A DNA stretch of 62,011 nucleotides, filler included, from Choristocarpus tenellus KU-1152 (taxonomy: Eukaryota > Protista > Phaeophyceae): assembly GCA_964200185.2 (NCBI GenBank). It is 9 parts of 9 records of this genome, joined end to end, with 100 filler letters (N's around TTAATTAATTAA, not from the genome) between each part and the next. Parts side by side here need not be neighbours in the genome. Positions count along the whole stretch, not along the records: positions 29,350 to 49,032 come from CAXNAD020000454.1; positions 49,133 to 51,997 come from CAXNAD020024111.1; 7 more parts are not named here. One strand, 5' to 3'. The translations under genes were made by a program, and so were the position numbers. Below are positions 35,440-49,348 of the stretch, piece after piece. A model generated the notes under the pieces. The model was not told the DNA's origin. It ran no database searches and was given only the letters and a program-made list of their open reading frames with translations. Within the stretch, counting starts at the first letter, position 1. Every line of letters begins with the position of its first letter.

Positions 35440-37900
35440 TGACCTGGTTTTGGTCTTGTGTCCTTTGCTCACCCATGACTGAGGTTTTAGACAGAGAAAG
35501 AGGATGGGTAAGGGTGGTGTCTGGTGTCATGATATGACAATATTGTTCAAATTATGAAAAGCACCTCAACATATGATCTCGTGGACTTCCTTCCAAACCA
35601 CTCTAGAGTTCCATTGATTATCATCATTGATAGCCACAAAGTCTCATAAAAGCTTGCCAATGAGCAAGTGCCCATACCAAAAGAAACAATGTATTGCATT
35701 TTGTTTTCGTGCTCCGATTGTTTCGTGTGTGCTCACTCCAAGTGCTGCAGTCAGGTATTCGTGTGTGGCTCACTCTGTTCTTTACGCCATACAACAATAA
35801 CCCAATATGAACAAGGAAAACTCATAAAACAGTTCCAAAGTGGTGAGATTATGATGAGCATGAGTGTGAAACACACCACATCAGTTTTCAACTTGTGACT
35901 TTAACAACAGGATTTGTACGTGCTTCCAGTGCTTTGGCAGAGATACTGTAGTACCTCCATGGCTATGGTGCCTTCCTGCACCTGAGATTCCAGACTATGG
36001 AAGGAACTTAAGGAAGTCACACTGCCTTCATCTTCGACTTCATCCATCCCGCCCCTCATCATGGCCCCCGTTTCCTCTGCATTGTCAGTCCTACATATAT
36101 TCAACATGGGAAAGAGCACCAAGTAGACTTTGTCGATTTGAAAATAATGCAGACCATGCTAGTGTGTTGAAGTTGATACATTGCCTAACTGCAAACCACA
36201 TGATCTAGGTTTGGATCTTGAGGAGCCTGAACATGGCTTTCATTGCACTTTGAAGCCCTTTCACATGCTGATTCAATAGTACAGTAACATTTGTACTTGC
36301 ACATTGCTCCTATTACTATATCACAAAAGATCAAAAGCCCAAGTTGATCGTGCTGAGTTGAGACTAATCTTACCAAGGTATCCGGCTTGGTGTCCACGGT
36401 CCTCCACCACCCAGGCTGCATGATTCAGGAAGTGGTGAGTTGCTGCGTGAGCTTGTGTGATTATGGCATGCCCCCTCCTTGACAATTGATCGCTGGTCTC
36501 CAGGGCCAGCATTTTCCTGATTTTGAAGCGTGTCAAGTAAGTTCATCAATGGCAAATTTGTTTGTATTTCAGTGCCCTGCCTCGGATAGTACGAAGTCTT
36601 GATATGAAATTGGTACAAGAGAGGCCTTGATTTGATTCCTGTAGATAGATGTATGCATGTACACATTCATCCACACCCAATAAACTTTGTTCAAACCTGT
36701 TGATTGATCCCCTTGGTGATGCAAGAGAGAGTAGAAAGAGTGGACATAGATGCTGCACTTAACTATCTATGCTTATTAGTTTAATTATCCACGAAGAGTT
36801 ATCTTTCTTTCAATTTCAAGGCGATTATTCCAATTCAAAATGTGTTGATAATGTATGTGAGCGGAGTTCCTGTTTCCTTGGAATGAGGGGACTCAACCGA
36901 CACTTAAATTCTAATGTCAGCAGTATAAGTATGACAACTTCACATGCATGGAATCTGCATTGAGATACTTCTAACAAGGGGTTATATTTTATCCTCACAA
37001 GAAACGGGCGGTTGCATGCCATACAGGATGGCAGCAGCTGAACTTTTCCAAGAATAGTGGCCCCTGCCTGTCAATAGGGGACCAACTGGCAAGGTGAGGA
37101 ATTGAGCTGGAATGAAGTGAAATTTCATTGAATTTCCTGCTCTTATGCACTTCGAAAATTGTTTCTAGTCCTCGAACATCAGGTAATGGACAGGGTCATT
37201 GACATTTTGAGTTAGGGTCCAAGTACACATAATCCAAGATTGGCATTTTCATTTTACTCCACACTAGGCAGGATCTTATGTGCACTCCAGTTACCACATG
37301 GCTACCTTGAACCCATCACATTCAAACCTGTATTGCCTTGTACTTTGAAATAGCAAGGTGCAAGCTCAGTTCCAGCTTCTCAGCAAACTTTCTCCGAGCT
37401 TCTCTCACAATATGGTCAGGATTTGGATGACGCTTAACTGCAACATTCAAAACGTCAGCCATAAACTTGTCCAAGTATCTTGTCCTACAAGCATGGTGGT
37501 AGGTCAAATATATGGGTTCAGGGATGAAAGAGCAGCCATATTTCTTTGCATTCTTTCAATGAAGCCATGAAAGAAGAGTGGAGACGGTGGGGCCATGTGG
37601 AACACTTGAGAGCTTAGAACTCAACGTGGGATTCATGCTGATCATACATATAACCTGCAGAGGGCACTAGGCAAGTACTCCATGATATTGGTGTGTCAGG
37701 AAAATAAGGGAAAGAATGAATGTCAGTGTGGCTCACAATCATACCTCGCATGTCTCATAGAATACCTGAGGGAGGTTACCCTGTTGTCCCAGTCATCATC
37801 ATCGGCAGGGTTTTTCTTTACAATTGCTTGACGGGTCACCTATTGAGGCAAAAAGATGATGGGGAAAATGGATATATATATGTGGAGGTTCACTCATTTT
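35440..37900 (-). mobile_element. Heavily degraded Mutator/MULE-like transposase remnant
   Basis: Fragments in MULE order across frameshifts: TYHHACRTR (cf. SYxKAWRA), YLDPNS (cf. GxDxNN), GATILGKVQLLP..C.R (cf. SDRxxxI..AV..P..H..C), then a Cys-rich SWIM-like patch. Similarity is weak and judged by eye. Confidence 0.4.
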
Positions 37901-38506
37901 GACATACCAACTGTCTTTGAACACCCTGGGTAATATCAATTCGTCTCCTTCTCAATGTGAGAGACATTGGGTACAACAAGAGGGAAATATTGGTGAAATA
38001 ATGGTGTGCAAGATGTGCATTTCCTGTAGACCCCGTAAAGCCGTTCCAACATTTTGAGTATGCTCCTTTTCAAAGTCAAGAAAGAACCAAGGTTTTTTTA
38101 CAGGAAAATCTGTAGCACAGCTAACAGGACATGTACCAGTCCAGCGAACCCACACCTACACAATTGGGTTAAGCGGAAGCAAGACTCAGACCTGGATCCA
38201 GTATAATGGAAAAAAAAAAAATCAACACCGAGATCACGAAATGGATTTGACCCTGGGCACACGGCCCAAAAACTAGGACCTTTACCGGGCTCGCAAATTA
38301 AAGTGGTTCCATCCACTAACCAGTTCGGCCTCAATTTTTTTTTAATGTCCTAGTCCATGTCCACTGTGAAATTGTACCAGTCCATGTCTGATGGTGGGTC
38401 AGTCTAACTTTTTTCTTGCATGTCTGGACCATGGCCTATGGCCAGTCCAGCTATTTTTTGGCATGCCCGGACCATGTTAGTGAACATGCCAATGGTTAAG
38501 TTTCTA

Positions 38507-40181
38507 CTCCCTCTGTCCCATAAGCCTGGGTCGTTAAGATGTAGCTCTTCAGGATGACCTCTGATTACAAAGTGGACATTTGGGTTGGATTCCTTGGAAT
38601 ATTTTATATTATTTTATATTAAAAACTATATCTTGCCTTTATTCGGCACTGTCAACCCACCAATCCAAGGCTGTTGCGGAGGCCACTCGGATAACTTCAA
38701 CTGATCTAGTCAACTCACCCTCCCGCTGCCATTTTTTGGTCCCAGTGTGCTCTTCCTCGAAATCATTTCCCTCCTGTGCCCTTAACACCTGATTGCACCT
38801 CTTTAACCGACCCTGCCACACCCTCTCAAGTGTGTGTATGTCATACTTGTGGAACATGCTTGAAACCCCCTCTACAAGTTCATCAACAGTGCCGTAACGT
38901 TACACCCAAACCCCACTATTCAGAGATGCAAAAAACCCCAAATCATTGATGTTGACATCCAGCACCTGCACTGGCTGCGTCATGAGCTTAATATCCTATC
39001 CCTTCTCCATCCCTGCTGCGTTCAGCTTCTGTATCATGACCTTGCCCGTAGTCCCCCCCCGATTCCAGCCATGGCAATTTTCCTTGATCGTTGGCAACAG
39101 CTGTTCCGTATACCACTCCGTGTACTACTCCGTTTACCACTCGTCATCAACGGTGGCATTGACCTCGTACTCCTCACCCTTCGTATGCCACGCTGTAGTC
39201 TATTGTGCCTCCTTCATGATGCAAACCCACTGGATCCCAATCTTTCCATCAAGATCATGGAAAGGATCCGGGTGCAAAACAGCAGAGATGAACATCACTT
39301 TGGGGATATGACTCTTGTGCTGCACCTTCCTCAAGTCCACCTTTTCCTCCCCCAGTAACATGCACACGATATCTCATTTGTTGATGAGGTAATACCACGC
39401 CTTGTTGATGTGAATGGTGTTGAGGCCAGTCCTGTAGGTTTCATGGCTACAGAGATCTGTTCAAGGATGAAGTCCACCCCATTCTTATTTCGAGAAAATG
39501 AAAAGCTAGGGAGAGGTGACATGCCACTTAACCCTCATTGCCACCATGGCTTCAGCCAGCAATGAGATTTTACCTGCCAACTGTCATGCCCACTTTGACA
39601 AGATTGGCAAAAAGTTGGTCACTAGTCAGCGTGCGATTGCTGGCATTGATTTCCCAGATCTTTGCTTGTTTAGTTGGCATAAAGTCCAACGGCCATCCAG
39701 ATCATGCTTGTGATTTCAGGGAGAGAGCATTCGCCCTGTATAACTGTTCTTTGACGCACACCCACACCTGTCTAGGGTGTCTCTCTCCCACTCCAAACTA
39801 TTTCACCAATTTATACCCCACACCCCTCGGGACCCTCTCGTGACCCGGAGGAAGAACCAATGCATACATAACACAGAGCAAGTGCGGTCTGACCTTCCTC
39901 AGCTTGCAGTTCTTTCACTGAGACGGGCTTTGTGCCAGGGATGATGTGCTGTGGGGACGGGCTCACCACACTGCAGCAGGAACATAAAAAATGATCAAAT
40001 TATTCCCCATTATGTGTTCCTTCCTTTGGAACTATTTCGGAACAGAATTCTCTGTAAAATTCTTTGAAATTTAATTTTCAAAGTAAAATATTCCAAGGAA
40101 TCCAACGAACAAGTGCATTTTGTAGTTAGAGGGCATCCCGAGAACCTACAACTTCACAGCCGAGACTTATGGGACAGGAAG
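38507..40181 (-). mobile_element. Tc1/mariner element of the plant-type DD39D group, with transposase pseudogene
   Basis: TA|CTCCCTCTGTCCCATAAG ... CTTATGGGACAGGAAG|TA, with imperfect TIRs of ~100 bp (shared GTTGGATTCCTTGGAATATTTTA). Peptides KVQHKSHIPKVMFISAV, DGKIG, QPVQVLDVNINDLGFFASL and GNDF; stops and a deletion of the QQDxAxPH block. Confidence 0.92.
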
Positions 40182-41138
40182 TATTTTAGTATGCGGATAT
40201 AGATAGTACCTCTTTCAAATCATTTGTGGAATTTCTTACTTCAAAATCATGAAAACATGCTTATGTTCAGTGAGAATGTCAGGAGGCATATATGCATGGA
40301 TTTTTTTTTATTTACAAACTATTTACACATTTGGCCCTTGACTAATGAATGTCAAAATACACTATACAGTATTGAAGTTCATCTTGAAGTCACAAATCTC
40401 AAGTCACCCAAACACCAATCAAACATGTGTATTTCTTCAATTCGATTTTTTATATTCCTTAAAATAGTAAAATAGAAAAAAAAAGAAATACCATGTCTAT
40501 TTCTTCAATTTGATTTTTTTATTCCTTAAAATAAAAAAAATGAAAATACTGTAGAAATATCAATGTGTAGATGTATATTTAGTACTTGCACTAGTAGTTT
40601 AGGACATAAGATTCAGGTATAGAGTGAAAGGTAAATAGAGAGGCATGGTCATATTGTGATCGCCCTGAATGTCGAAAAAATGTTACCTGGTCAGCCGTAG
40701 ATATAATGATCAAACATTACTAAGTCCATGGCTGTCACTACTCAACATGACCAGGGTTGCTGCCCAACCATGTACGACCAAGTTCGGATATGACTAAGTT
40801 CATGGCCATCGACTGTTTCAACATCCATGGCTGGGCTGGGGTCAGCCTGTGGCCATATGGTCAACAGTGGACATGGTAACTGTCCAGCCTGGTGAAAACC
40901 GTTGACAAAACCTCTACCCTAAACCTGACTCAGCCCTGTGGCCTCAGTTTGAAGCTAGGTCTGTGCTATGAGGGAAACCTGGGTTTGAACCGAGATTTGA
41001 CCCAGCCCCTTGGCCATCAGATTCCAAGTGAGAGTCTTTGGAAACCAACTCCGAGCTGTACTCCAGATTGCACTCGTTGAATGTTTAGCATATATTTCCA
41101 AGTCTTTCAATCCTACTAAACGAAGTAATGTAGTTTAC

Positions 41139-44100
41139 CTCATAATCAGCCTTGGTGGCAAGAATCTTGGCAACCATTTGTGCCACAGCTGAGAGGTGTC
41201 TCTGCATGGCAGGAGTGAGACTTGCAAGGGACATGGGTATGGTCGTAGGCATCACAATAGTTGCAACTTATAAAAAATAGTAGTAGGGGCACAATGATCA
41301 GTATTGTTCACAATGTGCTATGCCAAGATTGAGTATTGGACATACGCGTACAGCAACAACTTATCAATGGAATCATGACTTGTGCATTTGCCATGTGGTA
41401 TCCCCCACCCACTCAGTCTTATTAATGCTTTTTTTACCATATATACATGTCATCTTCAACTTCAACTTCATGCACATGCTGACAATAGTGCCATGGCAAT
41501 TTTGATTGTTCAAAGAGATAACAGTGCTCTGAAAAAATATTTGATGTTCACTTTGATCAGTTTTGCTATGCATGCACTCAATTGTGAGGCAATGTACATG
41601 TGGTAATTCTTGCCCCCCGTGGAAGATGCAATACCATTATATTCATACTAGCATTATTTGATGGGAAAAACTTCAACAAAGGTGATATTTTCCCATGAAT
41701 TTCTCCTATTTTCCCCATAGATCAGTAGAAACTATATAGAGGAAACATGTAACATAGCAAGCATGATGAGGACACCCGCCGGAGTACTCTGTTCATACTT
41801 AAAGTGCTTCAGAGCGCTTCACAGCAACCAAGAAACGCCCAAGACCCACAGCGAGAATTTGGACACTGAGCACTATCAGAGGCTGGAAAAAGCTGTAACC
41901 ATTCAAAGTGTGATGCAGGAGTGAGATTCCATGGTCTATTTGTTTACACACAGGAGTGTGCTCAGTTCTGATGACCTAGCAGAGCACAGTGTAATTGTAG
42001 TTCCTACTATTCATTTAACTAGAGTTGCACAAATCTGGTCCCTACATTCAGCTGGTGCATTTTTTTTATAAATGGACAAATGTGGAAAGGTGTACACCAA
42101 CTCTTCAAAGGAAAGTTCTATTGACCCAGAGTACTTGCATCTTAGATTCCATGTCTATCACCTGAATGAATCTGCCACAGTTATGGTCCCCTCAAGAGTT
42201 GTCAAATCAGCTCCCAATAATTGTGCATGGCGCTTGCTCTGCTCATCCATCCTTTCCCAGCGCTGAACAGGGTACAACAGACTTTAGGTTTGAATTTGCC
42301 ATTTCGGGCTTCATAATCTGACCTTGTTCAAGCATTCACATTTCATACTCTGTTCATGACAAATGAGCAAGAGCTCCACAATGTGCTGTCAACCTCATAT
42401 GATGCATACCACTTGCTGGACATCATAATGTCTTTCTACCATGAGAACATAATTGCATTTACCCCTTCCTTCGTGGCAAGTGTATCCACTGTGCGTTGAA
42501 CACCTCGTAGCATTGTCACCACAGATAAGTTACTTCGTTGGACGCTGGTCATTTGGTCTCCATGTTCTTCCTTCTGATGTTGAAGGTCACTCATCAAGTC
42601 CTTAAGCTGTTTCCCTGTGGAGGTCTGCAGTCGAGGGGATATTAGCCCGGTCAAAAAGATCATACATACCCTGCTGTATTAATTCTATACTTGATAGCAA
42701 TCAGTGCAAAGGATAGTCAACATGCTGGCATTTTATCAACAACTGCCTGCCACCAGATTAGACTTTGTACATACGTGCATTACATGAGAGTGGTAGTGTT
42801 ACATAAACCTGAACCTTGGGCACACTGTTTTGCATACTAAACGAGTTTATCTTGGCTTGTACTCTTTTGCACAGGTCATAGAGTCCCTGCAGGTCATAGA
42901 GTCCCTGTCTACATTGGAAAGCTACACCTAGCACTAATGGAGTGAGTTCTCCTTAGCTGTCTGCAAATCCTTGTGAAATACTTGTTGGGAATGTACAGGT
43001 AGGTGGTGAAATGGGTCTTGCATATGACATGTGTATGTCAAATCAATAAGCAACATGCCTGATCCTCCTTCAGATTTAGGATGGTCGTGTTACAATTCTT
43101 GATGTGCTGGTCTAAACTGCTCTGGGTTGACGCACAGGACTCCTGAAGCTGGTCCAACATCTTTTGCAGCCCTGTTGATTTGTTTCCTACTGACACGAAC
43201 TGCTCAGTCATCTGCATCGAATGGCAAGAGGTTTCATTGGCCATGACAATATTGAGGAACACTGTAACCAGAAGAGTACAGTACCTGTCACAGAGTTGAT
43301 GGATGCTGTTACTATCTATCAAAATATAATTATAGCACTGAGTACAAAGTGGATAATAGAGTGCAAAACTAGACATAAAATAGGGTTCTTAAGTATGCAG
43401 GTCTACATAATACAAGATATGTGAATCTCTGCCAAACGAATTATTGGCATGTATGGGTTGCACGTTACCCTCTCTTTCTTACCCTTCCAGACAATAGGTT
43501 CAGTTCATTCTTGTTTGATTCCACTGCCTCTTCTGTTTTTTGCTCCAGATGCTTGGTGATGAAGCCAATTGCATTTATCTTATTTGCTGATGCCTCCACA
43601 GTCACTGCAGTATTGTGGATGGTATTCCTCACGGAAGACAACTGAAATTAGCACAGCAAAGTAGAAATTCCAACAATAAACTCAACTATATTTGCACACT
43701 GCAGGCAAGGCAGGCCAACTAACACAATTGATATGCAGTTGTACGTCTCATGGAGATTAGTCAACCCTTTGCAATCAACATTGCTACATAGTACTAGACT
43801 TGGTTAACATAGTATTTTGTGTGGAAGCTATCTTCCTGCAACCTTAACCAGGAAATTCTATGCTCCAACTTCTTCCACAATCACTCTTATTCCCATTCCT
43901 AAGACATTTACCTAAAAGAAACAAAGGCACACAAATGGGTTGCGACCTGGAGTGTCAATGTCAAGATAGGATCAAAAGCTGAAGCAGCATATTAAAATAC
44001 CTACAAGACTTTCAAGAAACTATCACTTCTTCCAGTGCACAAAACAATAGAATGAGAGGCAATGTCACCTTACGAATTCTTATGATAGGATCATACCTCA

Positions 44101-47100
44101 GTCTTAACCTCCTTGATGCTTAGGTCTACACTTGCTTCAAGGGAATCCAATATTTCTTCCCTAGCTTGTTTCAGTGATTCTTCTTGTGAATGTTGAACTT
44201 GTGCAAGAACACTTCCACATGCGTTGGCTATCACTGGAATTGTTGTGCAGGAAATGTTAATAATCAAACAATTAGATGTTAAATAAAGAGATATTATCCA
44301 TATCAGAAGTATACAAGCTTCAAAAGACAATTTCCAGTACCATTTCAGTAATCATCCATCGCCTTGAGGATCTTCTTGTGCACTCCAGGCATGGAGAAAG
44401 GCTGATTTATACAGTTTTTGGTGGATTGGACTTGAGTGGGATGCTTGAAGAAGGCAAGTATAACTCCACCTTTGGAGGTGTAGTTCTGCCACCGTGTCCA
44501 TTGAATGAAATTGGAGGAAAATACCCAAATACATATCAGGAGAACCATGAGGAACGCTACCGTTATTGGATCACTACAATCACGTACCCATGACTGTATG
44601 CAGATGTAGTGATCCTTATCAAACACAAGGTCATTTGCACATTACTTGTGGGCACCTTACTTGTGCCAAGAAGAAAACAGTTGTTCGTATTTCCTCAGCA
44701 AAAAAGTAATCTATACCCACTTCGCAAGCTTCCCTCTTCACAGGTTTCCCCTTTCTGTAGCACACCATATACATACCTTCAGACGGTGTAGCTTTGTCGC
44801 TGACCTCAACAGTCATACCTAGCTCCTCAATCTGAGTCCCACACTCAGCAATTTTTTCCTTGATTTCTGTGCCCAGCTTTAGTTCGAGGAGAGCCAATTC
44901 TCCCTCAACCTTCAACATGGATTGCCCAAATAGCGTATCATCTTTGTGTTTGATAGGGAATAGGCAGGTGGGTGGCAATTTGTATTATAGGTGCTTCTAC
45001 CACATCTCAGCAGCAGAGGGATTGGATTGGATAGCACTCAACATCATGGGCAAGTATATGTTTGACACCAGAAACATGTGCTTTAACAGAAGCATATGTT
45101 TTGCTCTATATAGCTTAACCTGGAATCTGCAGTCTCACCTTTATCACTGCTTGAGCTACCTCTCCCTCCAAATTGGCACCAAGATTACTAAGCCGTTGAT
45201 CGAGTGTTTCTTGTAGCTGCCTAATTTCGACTTCCAATTCTCTGTCTTTCACCTGTCAGAAGGAACAGAGGCGAAAAATTGTGCTCAAAATCATTCTGAC
45301 TCGAGGTTGTATTGAAGAAATTAGGAAGGAGGATGAGGTATGGAGTTGGGGGTACTGACAGTGTAGTGTATAGATCACACATCAAGTGAATTATTATTGC
45401 AAGGTTTCACCTGTAGTCAAAACATCTACTTTGCATTGCAGGTTTTGAAAAGACAATTCAAATTGCAAAGGGAAATGGAGACTGATTGTATCCTCTGCAA
45501 TAAGAACATAGTGTAAGATAAAGGACCAATAAAACAACTTTGGCATCTTTGGAGGGAAAAGATCTTGACCTAACAATTATACATATGATGAAGTATCCCT
45601 TATCCACAACCTTGCACCAAAGGGAGGCTGGATGCTGGAATTAATAGTACCATTAAAAAATGCTCGTTTTCTTGGGGGTGTAGGGTACCTGCTGGTATTG
45701 ATGCCTGTTTTGGGATTCCTCAGCATGTGCTTCTAGATTTGCCAGTAAGTTGCGAATGTCACCAATAGGAGCACTGCTTGCATGGTCTTCCATTCCAAAT
45801 GTGGTTCTGATGTGCTCAATCTTGCTGTCCATTTCCTCTGTCGCTCTGTGAAATATGTCAAATGCATCATCAACACACTCTAGACAGTCCATCCTCCATG
45901 ATCACTATATGGATTATTTCATGACATAATGTAGTCCAGGGAACTCTTAAGTGTTAAAAAATTGAGATACCACTGATACACCGGGGCAGTTAGTGGTATC
46001 TCAATCCTTAAAAAATCGGAAACTGTGCAACTAACTGCCCCAATGAAACAGTTATATCTCAATCTTTGACCTTGAGGAACTGATTGTCATGTCCCTTTAG
46101 TCAATTTCAAAGTAGGAAAGAAGGCTAGAGGGAGTATCTTCAGCTCAATTGGACACTCCATTTATTAGGTCTGGTAACCTAGTGGATAGAAGGTACAGGT
46201 CTCGCCAAAGCTAAGCAGTCTTACCAAAGTGCAGAGGCCAATGAGAAGTATCCAACAGCCTTTGGTCATTGGCAGCAGGTAGATTATATGGTAGCGGAAG
46301 GGGATACACTGATTTGTTTTACTCCAACAAATGAGTCATCTCCTCCCTCCAGATAATGTAGGTAGTAGTATTGTGTCATTTCATCCTTGTTCAAACATCT
46401 GAGCACACCGCACTCTTCTCACCCAACTAATTACATTCCATCTCATATCCTCTTTGATCCTCTCAAACCTTCTGGTCGGTGAAGCAGCATTGACCAAGCT
46501 GAATTAATTGAAGACACTATGCCAATAATCCATGGTTGTAAGTTTCTGCTTTACAGACTATAATTCAGTTCAAAGTATGCTAGATTAATGCAACAAAAGC
46601 AACCCAATGAGGTAGGACTGACTTTATGCACTCCATCTACAGAACTGCCACTTCCATACCCACAGAGGCAGTACTCCTCAACCTTCCCTACACCCCCTCA
46701 AAAGGGTAGTAGGTACCCTCTTATCCTGACCTCACCTGTGAACATCTCCGAATGCCTCTGTAATGCGGTCATTGAGCAGCTCATTTGTCCTTTCAATGGA
46801 TTCCTTTATTGTTCGTACTTGAGTCATAGCATTCAAAAGCTCCTCTGACACCTACATTGACAAAATAGGAATGGCAATATGCTTGAATAAGATGACCATC
46901 TATCGACCCTTGGGTGTAAGAAACCTCACAGGAGTTGTTCTTAAGCTCACTTCTCAATAGCAGCTGGAAGTCAAAGCTCTTTGATTACTACAATCCCTAA
47001 ATTATGAGTTGTATCAGCTCAAAACCTTCTACACCCTTCTATTCGCTTTTGCATGGTATATAATGAAGTACCTCTTGCTTTAAAGGAGTTGAAAACTTGA

Positions 47101-48955
47101 GTTTGCTCTGTTGATATTTTTCTTCTCTTCCCCTTGCCTCAAATTCTGTGGTGTATCATTCTATACAATAAATGATCTGAGGTATTACCAGTAGTACTAC
47201 AACATGGTGCTGTATGGTGAGATATGGTATCTTGGCTAGAACTGTAAGGAGATATGTTTTTGTGTAGCTTTGCATTATCTATTCATAAAAAATTTATTTG
47301 AATTACACCAACATACATGAGAAGAGCAGCCTCCAAACTTGTGCAACTTATGTCAAATGGGTGTCATCTTCAATTGCCTGCCTGGTTCTTGATTTTGCCA
47401 ATCTCCTCTGCCACCTCAAAAGCAGATGCCTCACTGGCAGCTGTAACCTCCTGGGTGAGAAGCTTCAAGTATGGAAAAGTGAAAACAGTGGGACCAGATC
47501 AATGAGATACAAATGACATTAGCAAAAGCAAGCGTATGTGCCGGCACAAAGAAGGTTTGTTACATAGTGAGCAGAACACAATATTTTCAAGTGTTGCAAG
47601 AGGAAGATTGACGCACATACGCCGAGAGGGGGTCCATGTTAGGAAGGTAGGACAGTCATAGACTTGAGTGGCGATGGGATAAAAGGAGCATTGCACTCTT
47701 CTTAAAAAATACCTCTTAGTCCCAAAATTATACATGGGATAATATTCTGCACAAAAGTTATGCATATAAAAATGCCTAAAAATACATTCAAAGAAGTGGC
47801 AAGTCAATACATGGAAACTGTACACAATGAACCAGTAGGAGGGAATTGGTTTGAGGAGGTAATAACCATTTGTTCAATATCATTATTGCACTATAGATAG
47901 TGTCACTTGCAAGTGTTGACGGGGAATTTCCGTTGCCCACTCTACTTTTTCTGTACAACATTTTATATGAGTCAATAATCCCTTGTAGTCTGTCTATTGT
48001 TCCTAGAGTAGATGGGGTAGGAGGAGCAAGTTGATGATTTTCTTACCTTGTGAAATGTGCCCATGTCACGCCTTGTAATGCACAGCTTCAAGGAACGGTG
48101 GATGCGTTCAAACTCCATGTGCATACGATCAGACTCCATTTTCATCATCTTGGCCCAGGACATGTATCAACAGACTTGATTGTTACTGTAGCTGTTCGCA
48201 GAGTCTGCCAGTAAATCTTGGTGGTTGTAGATAGACAACTATTCTACTTGTGAAAATGATCTGAAGACAGTGTTGGTTTTCCAATGTCGAAATTTTGCAC
48301 CAGATCCACATGTTCAAATTGAGAATGTGTCATCTTGTCCCTTTTTCATAGTGAGCATATACAAAGGAGCGAACGTAAATTTAGTCTCCTCTATATGAAG
48401 GGGAAATGTTGAGCTCCACAATCCTCAACTTAGACCTTTCTTGATCATTTTCTTGAATTTAAACTTTCTTACACCAAGTCTTGCTACAAATTTTCGCAGG
48501 CTTGCCTTCTTATTGGACCCACCTCATCTTGTGCCCTGTCAGTAGCAAGCTGAACTGCTTCTCTACCGAAGTTCAGGATTGGGGAGAATTATCCACGGGT
48601 GGGGGTAGGTTAGCGCCTATGGACATGGACAAGAACTGGCTTACCCCAAGGACATTGTGGCAATATTTACGAGTAGACGGGTTACATTATTTGAAACGAA
48701 CAAGTTCAAATAGCAAACACCAATTCAACCGCAACCTCCTGTATTTGGAACACTTCAGGTTCTGGGGTTACGATTGACTCTGTAGTTGCACCATGTGACT
48801 AAAACAAAACATGTCCTGCTCTGCATATGGAAGTTCCCTTCGTCAGTGCGAAGTGTGTGCTTGATTTCCTTACCTGTGTTTCATTTCCTTGAAGAACTCG
48901 TTTACGCGATGCGCCATGCCAGTAATCGCCTCTACCATGACAATATTCATCGTCT
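41139..48955 (-). CDS. Long multi-exon coiled-coil protein (12 or more exons, e.g. 47382-47450, ~46737-46852, ~45139-45252, ~43483-43641, 43059-43211, 42463-42624, ~42162-42262)
   Basis: Mostly phase-consistent exons with heptad, E/K/Q/L-rich peptides (VSEELLNAMTQVRTIKESIERTNELLNDRITE; VKDRELEVEIRQLQETLDQRLSNL; LQKMLDQLQES). Gene ends and a few junctions are unresolved. Confidence 0.72.
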
Positions 48956-49348
48956 GATCATCACAAGACGACCCCGGTATTGATTCAAAAGGCTTGGTAT
49001 CGATGAGCTTATGCCCTAAGGCCCCTATCACCNNNNNNNNNNNNNNNNNNNNNNNNNNNNNNNNNNNNNNNNNNNNTTAATTAATTAANNNNNNNNNNNN
49101 NNNNNNNNNNNNNNNNNNNNNNNNNNNNNNNNGGTATTTAAGGGGGTTAGTGGTTTTTTAGTGCGGAGATGGAGGAGGAGGGGGGGGGGGGGGGTTCTGA
49201 GTGATTCCCTTTACGATTCTGTTTTGACAGTTAATATTCAATGTTCTTGATTGGTTGTGCCGTTTTGACGTCTACTGTCTTCATTTTTTTTCTTTGTGAC
49301 TGTAATTGTAACTGGCTCTGTTGTTGTGATTTTTGGTCTTTACAATAG

